Shown: positions 42,844-54,072 of the stretch, piece after piece
Numbering within the stretch: position 1 is the first letter of the stretch
Layout: each line of letters opens with the position of its first letter
Assembly: GCF_031769215.1 (NCBI RefSeq)
Contig: NW_026781898.1
Location: 310,001 to 374,000, forward strand
Direction of reading: 5' to 3'
DNA: 64,000 nt
Source of the DNA: Ylistrum balloti
Lineage: Eukaryota
The notes under the pieces: model-generated
What the model saw: only the letters and a program-made list of their open reading frames with translations
Told to the model about the DNA's origin: nothing
Database searches by the model: none
Translations under genes and position numbers: made by a program

Positions 42844-45800
42844 ATGTCTCGCAGTGGACATAGGCGTGTATCCAGACAAAGTAGTATCCGGTCACAAAAC
42901 AGGAACCACTATTATTCAGACGCTTTCACAGACGATGACCGTCGTTACGTCGTTCGTGATGACGTCATGACTGACAAAGCGGCATGGGTGGAGGATTACG
43001 TGTATGGTCGGTCTAGAGGGAGCACGCGCCGACCCCAGTCTGCAATGCTGACCAGGACTGGGGGATATCGGCCTCAGTCCCCGGGACTCGTTGAAGTTGG
43101 GCGATATGAAAAAGATGGGAAAATTTACTGTGATTATCGAATGTCAGACGAAAATTATTCGGAGCCGGTTATTATCAAGCGATTGCCCGCTCCCCCACCA
43201 AAGGTCAAAGTTCGGAATGTCGGGGTACAGATGACCACGAATTATACCGTCCCACCCCCTAGAAAAGTTCCCACCAGGGACGCCTATACTCAGACCCGAG
43301 TGTCCACGCGCCAAGCCTACACACAGAGTAGGCCCTTGAAGACCCCCAAACCGAAGGAATCATCACCTATCGTGGTAATCCCACCCCCTTCTCCACCACG
43401 GACTCCATCACCCCCACCCCCTAAAGTGGAGGTAAGTTGATACCCCCATAACTAGTACTGTCAACGTGCAGTTGGTATTTAAACCTAATATATATCAAAA
43501 TCTGCAGACGTTGCTTAGATTTCGTTATTTTAACAATGAACATGTCGCGAGTAGATCGGGGAGGTTGGGAAAACTGCGGAAAGACGTATGATTTTGTTTA
43601 CTTTTTTATTTTATTTATCATAATAATAGTGCGGGGAGGGGGAGCGTTGCAGTCTCTAGATTTTAAATGCCCCCGGTATATGTTTACTTACAACATGCTA
43701 TGATGTATGACTTGTCATGATGAAGTGATACCTGTATCCAGGTGACTTTGATAAGTGATCCGTGTCGTCACACAGCTATGCCGTTATTGATAAAACATCA
43801 ATAAATCCGGGTTACAGAGGCTGATACGGAAAGGTATTATACAAATACTTGTCGACAAGCCAGTTCGTCAATCAATACTTCTCGGTCTGAATTAACCACA
43901 CGAAATGTGAAAATCGTTGCTGACATGCCAGTAATGTTTGGAATGTTTGATATTTCGTCCACGTTATTTACCTGTGAACATGTATTTTTAAAAAATAATT
44001 CTGCATCCGTTCCGCACGAGATTAAATCTGTATATAAAACAGGTATATATGTAACCTCTAAATTCATATGATTAACATAGGAAATGACACGCGTATAAAT
44101 ATTTAGTGCTCTCTCTCCGATCCTACAATAATTAGGTCTCATAACAATTCAGAATTATCTATTCGGTATCTATATTGCATCATCTTCCTATATAATTGCT
44201 GGTTGATGCTTACAACCCATCACTAGTTGCTACATTTGACCAAATATTGCTTTTGTATTCGACCAATGGTAAGCTTCTGCTCTAGAGCTGCTTATATTCA
44301 GGGACTAGATTGGGGACGTGTTACAGAACGTACCAGGCAGGGGCCTTTATTGAGATCATATTCAGATCTGTTGTAAGTAGTACTGTAATGATAGCCTGAC
44401 TGGAAGAAGACAGATTATAATTGTAAAGCTGAAACAAACGTCAGGAAAGTATATTATCGAAACTGATTCACAGTGACGATCGTTCGATCTGTGAAGCCTG
44501 TAGCGATGACAGTGAACATGGTTACAAGCCGTTCACTCTGGCCCCTGTGGTTGGCACGTTTTAGGTTTTAGGTGGAACTCAAGTGTTAAAAACTGAAATC
44601 TATATATTTGCAGTGACAACATTTGAAATAAGAGGTCACCGCTAAAGGTAATTTCAATCGATAATAGACCGTGGAACTCTTGTTCATGTATTTGTTTTAA
44701 CATGTGGATTTTAAATACAAGTAATTGTCAAAGATTGTCAATGAATATTTGACATTCAAATCTACACCTTAAGTATACAAGTTATCTATTACGAATATTG
44801 AGGGCATAATGAAATATGGGCAATTTGGATTAAAATTTTTCGAATCACTTTTTCAACGGAGCACTCAGAGCCACTGTATCATTATTCTTGACGCAAGTTT
44901 TCCTATTACACAGGTTATTTCACAATAATTCGGCGAGTTGTAACATGCCAGATGAAACATCGTATAAAAGACCTTTACAAACTGGTGAATTGGCCCCTTT
45001 GTACTTGTTGGTGTTCCGTTTTTAACACACGAACTTGTTCATTAGGTACATGACTTCAATTACTTGCATTCAATATATATGGTCACATTTTATTTATATA
45101 TTTGAACTGTTTCACCAACCTCTTAGGGAACAGTGTGTTTTACCTGATGGTTGATTGAGATGAATCGATTTATTGAGAGAAGATAATGATCTATTGTTGG
45201 AGATTGTTTAGGTTTACTACAGCATAGATTCAATCTATGGATAAATCCTAACTGATTTTGATGTAATATTCAAACGGAAATCTTTATGAAATACACAGCT
45301 AACCTTTCGTGACTGGCAATCATCACCTACATTGTGCTTATTTAAAGGCAGTAGTGTTTGATATAACTATGTTATTATTGTTCATATCAAGGTATTGTGA
45401 GAGTATTGATTGTTGGATTGTTGGAGTCAGTGTTATAAGAATATAAGCAGAAAAGAGCTATTGGTAAGCCGCCATATTTCTTGTGAACAGCAGTATGTTC
45501 ACGACAGATCAACACAACAAGCAAAGGTCAAAACGTAAATAAGTTCTTTACACTTTCTCGACTGGATCACATAGTATTTATATACGCGAGTAAATCTTCT
45601 TTTTATTGAAAATGAAACGTGTGTGAAGCTGGTGATGTAATATTGAGCTCTGAATTTCAATATTAAGAGTGTTCCTTGAGAAAAATAAATACAGATCGTA
45701 TAGCACGGTATTAAAGTATAATCTGCTTATAGCATATATACCAAGAACCGGTTTACAAAAAGCATTATTAGTATATATAATGTTCGTGGGCACAAACCTT

Positions 45801-46573
45801 GAAATTTTCATTTTTTCCTATTGATCTTGAAAAAGGAAATGCTCGATGCCTGGTTAATATCGATTAAATGTAAATATTGTACACGTAAATTAAGTTTTCA
45901 TTCATACAAGAAGCAATGTTGTCATTCTAAACTCAAAAAGCAAATAAACATGCTCTGAATATTGAGCAGAACTTAAAGTACAACCTTTTAAACGGTTTGT
46001 AAAAGAGTTAACTCCCTTTATTTTACCCACCACTAAAGAATGTCGCGTTATACTAGACATAGAGGAACATGAGACTTAACGTTTATCCAAAATACTATTT
46101 GTAATAAAACGTTTCAGCCTCCAAAGGCATCATGCATATCACTGTGTCGACGACAAGTAGGGTCCTGCTTTAGTAAAATTTACCTGCCCTTAGTACTATT
46201 TCTCTCCACTACCTGGCACTTTACGAAAATAAAACTGCTATACGTTCATGTCCATATAAAATCATGTTTAATCCTGATTGATCTTTTGCAGGAACCACAG
46301 TACATCTATGTGCCCAAGACTCGTCCGAAGCCGATCGTCGTCCGAACGGAACACACCGGACGTCCAGGCTACCTGGTTTCAGAGAGTAGAAAATCCTTGA
46401 CCAAGACCGTACCACTCAGGGTCATTGAATATGATAATAATAGAAGTCTGAAAGACAAGTATATGTACGTTCGGCCAAGTAGTGCGATCGGACGCAGCAA
46501 ACGAGTATTTTTGCCTTTGGGATACGAAATGTACATGGAACGACCATTTAAAATACCTGACTATCCAAGATGA
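42844..46573 (+). CDS. Cluster gene G7: exons 42844-43431 and 46292-46573, about 289 aa, closest paralog of G6
   Basis: aaaATG start, donor GAG|gtaagt at 43432 and acceptor atcttttgcag|GAA at 46291 (phase 0). It shares with G6 KIYCDYR/KIYYNYR, RNVGVQMTTNY/RHVGVQMTTKY, VPLRVIEY..KDKYMYVR/IPVKVYEH..DDKFLFIK and PLGYEMY/PIAYKMY. Confidence 0.8.
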
Positions 46574-46856
46574 TGCTTTATAGAGTGGAGTTAGTCCCCT
46601 TTGTTGTCCGCGATGTGGCGTATATGTTGTTAAGAGCGACACTCCACAAAAATAGTTAACTATAAGCCTTAACATAGTGACTAGGCGACGAACCCCTTGT
46701 AGATGTGGAGGAAAATCCAACTGTATACGAATTACAATATAGAACCTCACTACTGCGGAATGGTCGGCACCCGGTAAAGTCTGTATTCTGAAGATTTTTC
46801 GACCACTTTAATGGAAAATATTAGTAACGTGAATGGCCAGATAAAAGAAACTGTCA

Positions 46857-47110
46857 CTGATATCCGGAAAGTGAAATTTCTGGGAAATTGAGGTTGTATA
46901 CTAAATATCCGGAAAGTGAAATTTGTGGGAAATTGAGGTTGTATACTAAATATCCGGAAAGTGAAATTTCTGGGAAATTGAGGTTGTATACTAGATATCC
47001 GGAAGGTGACATTTCTGTGAAATTGAGGTTGTATACTAGATATCCGGAAAGTGAAATTTCTGGGAAATTGAGGTTGTATACTAGATATCCGGAAAGTGAC
47101 ATTTCTGGAA
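46857..47110. repeat. Minisatellite, 45-bp unit gatatccggaaagtgaaatttctgggaaattgaggttgtatacta (~5.5 copies)
   Basis: Directly visible. Confidence 0.95.
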
Positions 47111-49239
47111 CATTGGTGTTGTTAACTAACACCAGGAGGGTGAATTTTCTGGATGATAACTGATATCAACGCTATGTGGATTTATTTCATATAATAAATA
47201 TGCAGGTGATTAGTTCTTCATTACCGGGGTTCGGATTAACGAAAATTGTGTTGTACTGTTGCTTTGAGATTAAAGTTTCGGGGAAATCCAAATGAAAACT
47301 CTAAATGCCTCCTCAACAGGTGAGATATGTTCTGTCAAATACAAATTCATTGGGAAAAAGGAACATAGGTATTTTGAATACAACGTACTGGCGAGAAAAC
47401 AAACATGTGAAAATTTACAAACTTATTTATGAAATACCATTCGTTTCTAACACGGTGTCAGTTTTGCTGAAGAGGTCGGATATGTAGTTTGTTTACGTTA
47501 TCGGTATTATATGTATGTACATAACCTATCTTATTGTGTATAACAATAGAACTGTCTTTCCAATTAAAATCTCTCAGAAACGGTTGCATGTGTTCAGTTT
47601 TCTCCAGATGACGTACAAATGCATCTAGATATCAGAAAAATTTGGACGAATGATCTTTAACCCTCACACACATGTTAAGGTGTGTGTATATGTGACTTAT
47701 TTAATAACTTACCGATACAAAATCCTGATAGGGTATTCTGATAGGCCATGCTTCAGTCCGAAAATATCTCTTTATGTTATCGTTGTGGGACCACACTGGT
47801 CCTCCTGACGACTGTCCACTAGACAACTCCACATTATAATGACGTCAAACCTCGAAAAATATTACAAAACTAAGTACAAGTTATGCAAAGGAAATATAAG
47901 CATAACCTGGACTAATATGGCGAATGTCGTCTATAAAATCATCAGCATTTTAAAACAGGCGTAATGTTCAAGAAGTAAATATTTGAAAAATCGATAAGTA
48001 AAGGACACTCCTCCTTCTGGAACATGTGGTCTACTCCCAATTTTTTTTTATTTTGATCTTCGTGGAATTTAATGTTTCCCTCCTTCATGAGTGTTTTATA
48101 GTATATATATATATACGTAGGCATGTGTATGACAATCTTCCGACATCTGACCGTGCATGTTTGTTTTACAGAAAAGAGAACTTTATATTATCCTTTCATA
48201 CTGTTCCCAGTGTTTGACTCTAGATTCAAATCATTTCAAACATTGATACGTGTCATATATCAAATCGCTGTTATACAGCGGTACCATCTCACCTTGCTCT
48301 TTGTCCAAAAATTACACTACAGCTGTGAGTGATGGCTTTTCCACGTGGAATGCGTTTACCGAGAATGATGCTTCCAGGTGTATTGACGAGGTCATACAGG
48401 GTCATGACACCACCCACGTCACACCGACAGCCAAATAAACTGATAACCAATACACGATGTAGGAAGTGATAGTGTGACTCATCCCGCCATTCCATAAAAG
48501 AAGCACAAATTGTAATAATTCAAATACCGCTAATTCTTACTTTATGTTGATTTATCGATGCTAGAATAATTTGTCCAGTCTTTTTATGTTTTTATGAACA
48601 CAAACATATCAAATACTGGCTAGAGTACTTTAAAACTGGAGTGACCTAGGAACACTGACACCGGAATTCGTGCGAAACATAAAGGGATTTCATCTCCAAG
48701 GCATTCACTTTTAATCTAGTCGATCGAAACAAGGGCTCATTTCACACAACGTTGTGACATAATGTCTTTATATGTATCTCACGATTCATATAGGAACTTG
48801 ACAACCTTGTCATCAATTTCATCAATATTTTCTCCTACTGATATGCTATACTCTAAACTCACTGAACATGAAAGAGGCCCCCACATGTTTCCCAGCTCCT
48901 GAATGTAAAATTTAAGAATGATCGGTCCAGAACATCTAAGAAATAGCGATAATAAATCAAATAAATCCAATGCATGATCCTTTCAGACATTTTGTTTTTC
49001 TCCAGTCGGTCCTTAAAATGGACAATGCATAAGATGGGATAATAACTTATCAATCCCGAATCTCTCGAGAAATAGCATTAACAAGAATGGTCTAAAGACA
49101 GGTACGGGGTCAAAGGGCAATTACACGAGTGCGTCATCGAATTGGACTAAATTCTAAAGGAAGCTTGACAGCCAACACTGTATTATCTTTATGAGGTATC
49201 TACTGGCTGAATGATTTGCCTTCATTCTCTTCTATCCTG

Positions 49240-49950
49240 TGAACTGAACATAGAAAATATAGGCTATATGGGAAGCAAACATATCATGTTTTCCCGACCG
49301 ATCCTAAATAAGGAACCAACATATTTGAGACTGGTCCATTAGGTACATCCTATCACAGTCAAAATCCAAGATGGCGGCCTGTCAGTCATTTTGTGTTTGC
49401 GATCAGGAAACTACATATGAACTTCGAGAAATTGTCGGACTTTGACCTAGAAACACCTCTCTACCAAATAGTCTGCTTCTCGTTTACCAGGTTAAGTCTT
49501 AAATAGGTTTTGACAATTTGCCCTTGTGACCTTGAATATGGTTCAAGTTCATTTTTTTCAAACTTTGTCAGGCTTCATCCCTGAGGTCTACCAGCTAAAT
49601 GTCACGCTTTTGTGTCGTTTGGTTAATTAGAAAAAAATTGTTTAAATGTTTTGCGACCTCAAGGAAATTTCTTTCCACAAACTTTGTTTGGTTTCATCCT
49701 ATCAGCCAAAAACATGATTCTGCGCCTTTTGATTATTCATCAGAAGTTGTTTAAAGGTTTTAACATAATCGACCTGTAACCTTGAATAAATGTCAATGTC
49801 ACTTTTTTGCAAACTTTGTCGTGAGTCATTCGACAACCCACCAGCCAAATACCATGACATATGGTTGAGAAGAATTTGTTTAAATAAAATAGTTGCCATC
49901 AGACGGACAGACGACGGACGCACAACACACAAGTTCAATTAGCCCTTACT
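49240..49950. mobile_element. Degenerate non-autonomous DNA element relic
   Basis: It contains caaaatccaagatggcggc, repeated caaactttgt blocks and the gacggacagacgacggacgc tract (about 49903) also seen at about 1998. Boundaries are approximate. Confidence 0.4.
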
Positions 49951-50450
49951 GAGTTAACAAACTACTTTTCTCAAAATCCAGTATTGCCTCCAGTCGGTCA
50001 TCTTAATTTTCCTATCGGTCTGAAAAAAAGACAACACCACTTAGTTGAAACAGACATAGAAAAACTAATGATGAAGTTTAGAAGAGATCCAAGGGATCTT
50101 GGTGCCATCATTGAATGATTCATTGATTCTATCAACAACAAACTTCAACTGTCAAAATCCAGGACGGTCACCTGTTAGCCATATAGTTTCACTGGTAAGA
50201 CTTAAGACTGATTGATCATAACTAAGGAAGTCCAAGAAATATTTCTTCAGGACTTTTTATAAAACTGCAATAACATGGATTGTTTATGGACAGGTGAAGG
50301 TTGGTGTTGATGATGTACAAAATAAACCAAGAAAAACAAAAGATACAAAGATAATTTACTTATAGCACATGTGAAAGAAAACAAAGCACTAATCAATGTA
50401 ATGTTACAACACGATTATCTCGTTCATCTGTACACAGAGGGTTCAAACTC

Positions 50451-50650
50451 TAAGGGCATAAACATATATCGCCCTGGGCTTAAAGAACTAGGTCCAGTCT
50501 GTGCTGATAGGGCAAAATCATACAGCCCTGACTGTAAGGGCATCATCATGTCACCCTGTACTGTAAGGGCATAATCATATATCGCCCTTGGCTTAATACA
50601 CTGGGTCCAATCTGTGTTGTAAGGGCATAATCATATATCGCCCTGGGCCT
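50451..50650. repeat. Cluster of ~5 degenerate palindromic units AGGGC-N13-GCCCT
   Basis: For example agggcataaacatatatcgccct and agggcataatcatatatcgccct (twice). Confidence 0.75.
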
Positions 50651-53600
50651 AACCAATGTCGCCCCACAGACTCTGTATACTCTCATACAACCATCACAAA
50701 TCTATCAACAGTACTCGTAAATATCAACCCGTCTCATATATTTGACCTTTACGTGGCCACATCACTGACCTTTGATATCAAAATGAAATAATATGTCCTG
50801 CATATACAAATATGACACCCATCCCCAGCCGAAATTAAAGGCAATTACACATATCAATACATTACCACTAGAATATCTATCTTCTAAGTTATAAATACTG
50901 TATATGGTGATTAACTTTGTTATTGATAGCCCTGGCAGAAGAAATCATCATCACTTACAATGTCATCTATTATCACCTCAGGTAAAGTAGTAACCCTACT
51001 ATACCCATATACTCCCCTACTATGTCTTTATTAGCATGACATAATGAAGTGCTACATATTCATAATCAGAAGCTGGAAATTGAATAATGAATATTCATAA
51101 GCTATTGCACAACATATCAAAGAAGGTGGTTATTAAGCATGGAACATTCATAATGTTGTTGTACACCAGTATTTTAGTAAGTAAATGTTGAATATTTATG
51201 ACCAAACTGATGTAGTAAAATCAATAAAGCAATGTTAAGCAGTTTTGAATTTTTTCTATTATGTACAAGTACAAATGCCATTTGGAAAAAATGAGATCTT
51301 GACAAAGTCATACCAATCTACACTATAAAATTAATTTCATAAATATTTGTCCAGTGTGACAGTTTCCATCCTACAGTTAACAAGACTGCTATCAAATCAA
51401 CTTTACCATAAAACACAACAATATGCCTACATAGTAGTGACAGTGCTAGGAATCAGCTTGGAAAAATTTGGACAATTTTGTATTATTCATCCAGAGAAAA
51501 GTAATTGGAGAAATTAATAATAACAGCACATTCCAAATAGTTGCAAATAAATTGCATCAACACATTAACAAAACAATGTGTCACTTGAAACTTGATCCAA
51601 ACCAGAATTACAGCCTGTAATTAAACATCTATATTGAACAAACTCGAAAAGTTGTAAATTGGGAATCATTACATTTGCCAGAAAATTTTTACATGTTTTT
51701 TTTTTAAATAATGATTGACAAGAATCGTTTCAAGTTTGATGCAAACTTGTCTCATATTATGAAAATAACAATATATCCCTAATGAATACTGAGGTGGGGG
51801 TAAATGCTTATCAATGAATTCATCCATGGGTACTCTGCAAGAATGCACAAAATCTTTGTTCTTTCTGTGAAAAATACATTAATCAAAGAACAATACTCTC
51901 ATGTTGACTATATTTTACATTAAAACATTTTTCTAAATGACCTTCGTTTGTGAGCTACCTTACACATTAAACAAGTTGTCTGTATTATTTCCACCTTTTG
52001 CTTTACAATCACATTAACTCTTACATAACCAGGATGTAATAACTAACCTTTTTCAAAGTGTCAAAGTTACCATAATATTAATTTATAATCTAACCTTTTT
52101 CAAAGTGTTGTCTATGAACAAAGTTCAAATTATTGTTATAAAAGAAATCTATCATTTTTTTTGTATGACTCTACAGAAAAGGGTGGAAATGGCAGCATAT
52201 GCCCTTAAGTACTGCCTTTAAAGATAGAAGTGAACATAGGGTTTACCAAAGGTAGGTAACTAAGATTAAAGGGCTGAAAACATTTTTCAGTATCATTTCA
52301 CAAAAGCATCACTGTTATAGAGGAGGATAGGGCCTAGTTAGTTGTCAGAACTTGTGCCCAATCCCGTTGATTGTTCTTTAACCAATGAAATATATTTGAA
52401 CCAATAGTCTTTAAATCCATGCAGTACAAAAAGTGAACAAAGTGATGAATATATAAGTTATCAGTCTACATTACAATGATATCTCAGTGAAATCCAATAT
52501 GGTTTCTGTTGTACATATTTATGATTTATCTTTCAGAATACAATAATAAATGCATAAATAAACCAAATGCAATGATACAGAACATGTTCCGTCAAGTTAC
52601 CCAGTAACTTCCCGTTATTTTTCAGTCACAGTCATGTATGTCACAAATATGATAAATTCTGTAAGTATTAATGATCAATCAAATCTTTTCCACCAAAATT
52701 TCACCTTTGGTTAAAAAAACAAAATCAACATTGACTTCAAAATCATGACTTTGGGTTATTAAACTAATCAAATTCATTACTTATGGTAAGTATAATTACA
52801 TATGATATAAACTTTGTGACAATATCGCTGACTTAGCATGAAAGAAATGTCAAAATTTACACACAAATGAAGTAAAATATAATTGTAAAACACTTCATAC
52901 TTTGAAACAGAATGTACTATTAATATTCTTTTAAATTTACATCTGAATGATTTTACAAAAACTTTGATATCCATCTGTCTTCAAAGTTACAGAAGAAAAA
53001 GTTACAAATATACACAAATTCACCCTTCAAAATCAGACAAAGTTTCAGAATTAGGGCAGATGGTCAAAAACTTTTCCCTGATATAATTACTCCAATATTC
53101 ACAAAATGTTCAATATATATTAGTTTTCAAGAAAATCCAAAAAACGATAAGTAATCCAACAGAAATATGCAGTGAAACCTGTTTGGTCAAAGATCATGTG
53201 GACCAATATTGATCAGATACAATATCATGTTGAATTAGGCAGGTCCCAGTTTTCATATGATATGGAATTAACTTTGATTAAACAAGATGTCAGAACATAG
53301 AGGCATCCGATCAGGCAAATTTCACTGTATATAGTTAAGCCAAGTTAACTCAAATATGGACAAGATAAATGCATTATCTATTAAGAAATTTTGATGTTGG
53401 TCTGCCTTCTGCCTTACATGACAGAAAATGATCAGTCTTTTATTTTTTTTCAGTATATGAAATGCATAAAACACAAGGTCCCGAATGTATGTTCATCCTC
53501 AATATTTCCAATAATTTGAACATCATCCCTGCACACCTGAACATCTTTAATACAATCTTAATCTGTTTAATGTTTCATTAATGAGTATTCTAAAAATCCT

Positions 53601-54072
53601 ACAAATTTAAGTATTTAAGCTCTTATTTGTATTACAATTTACTGTGTGCTGCCAAATCCGATTTAAAGAAACATTTTGGAAAACAATCATTTGGAGCTGA
53701 TCATTTTTGAGTTCAGAAGGCTTTATACTGTTTAGCAAAGACAGAAATCACACCTCACTTTCCTTTCTCTCAATAAAAATCACAAAGTCTACTTAATTCA
53801 AATATCACAAATGAATATAATTCTGTACCGCATACATTGTGCATAATCACCAATGCACCATTTACAATTAGATAACACCATGTCCTGCAAACATTGTACA
53901 GAATCACACACGCACATCATGTTATCAGTAATGTGCACAGCATACATCATACTATTTAAGTTTAATGCTCCACATGGAGACTTGTTAGCTACAAAAGGCA
54001 AAGTAATTAAGAATGGAGACAAGATAAGTCACTATATCACAGTACCATTAGAAATACTGTTTGACATTCACA

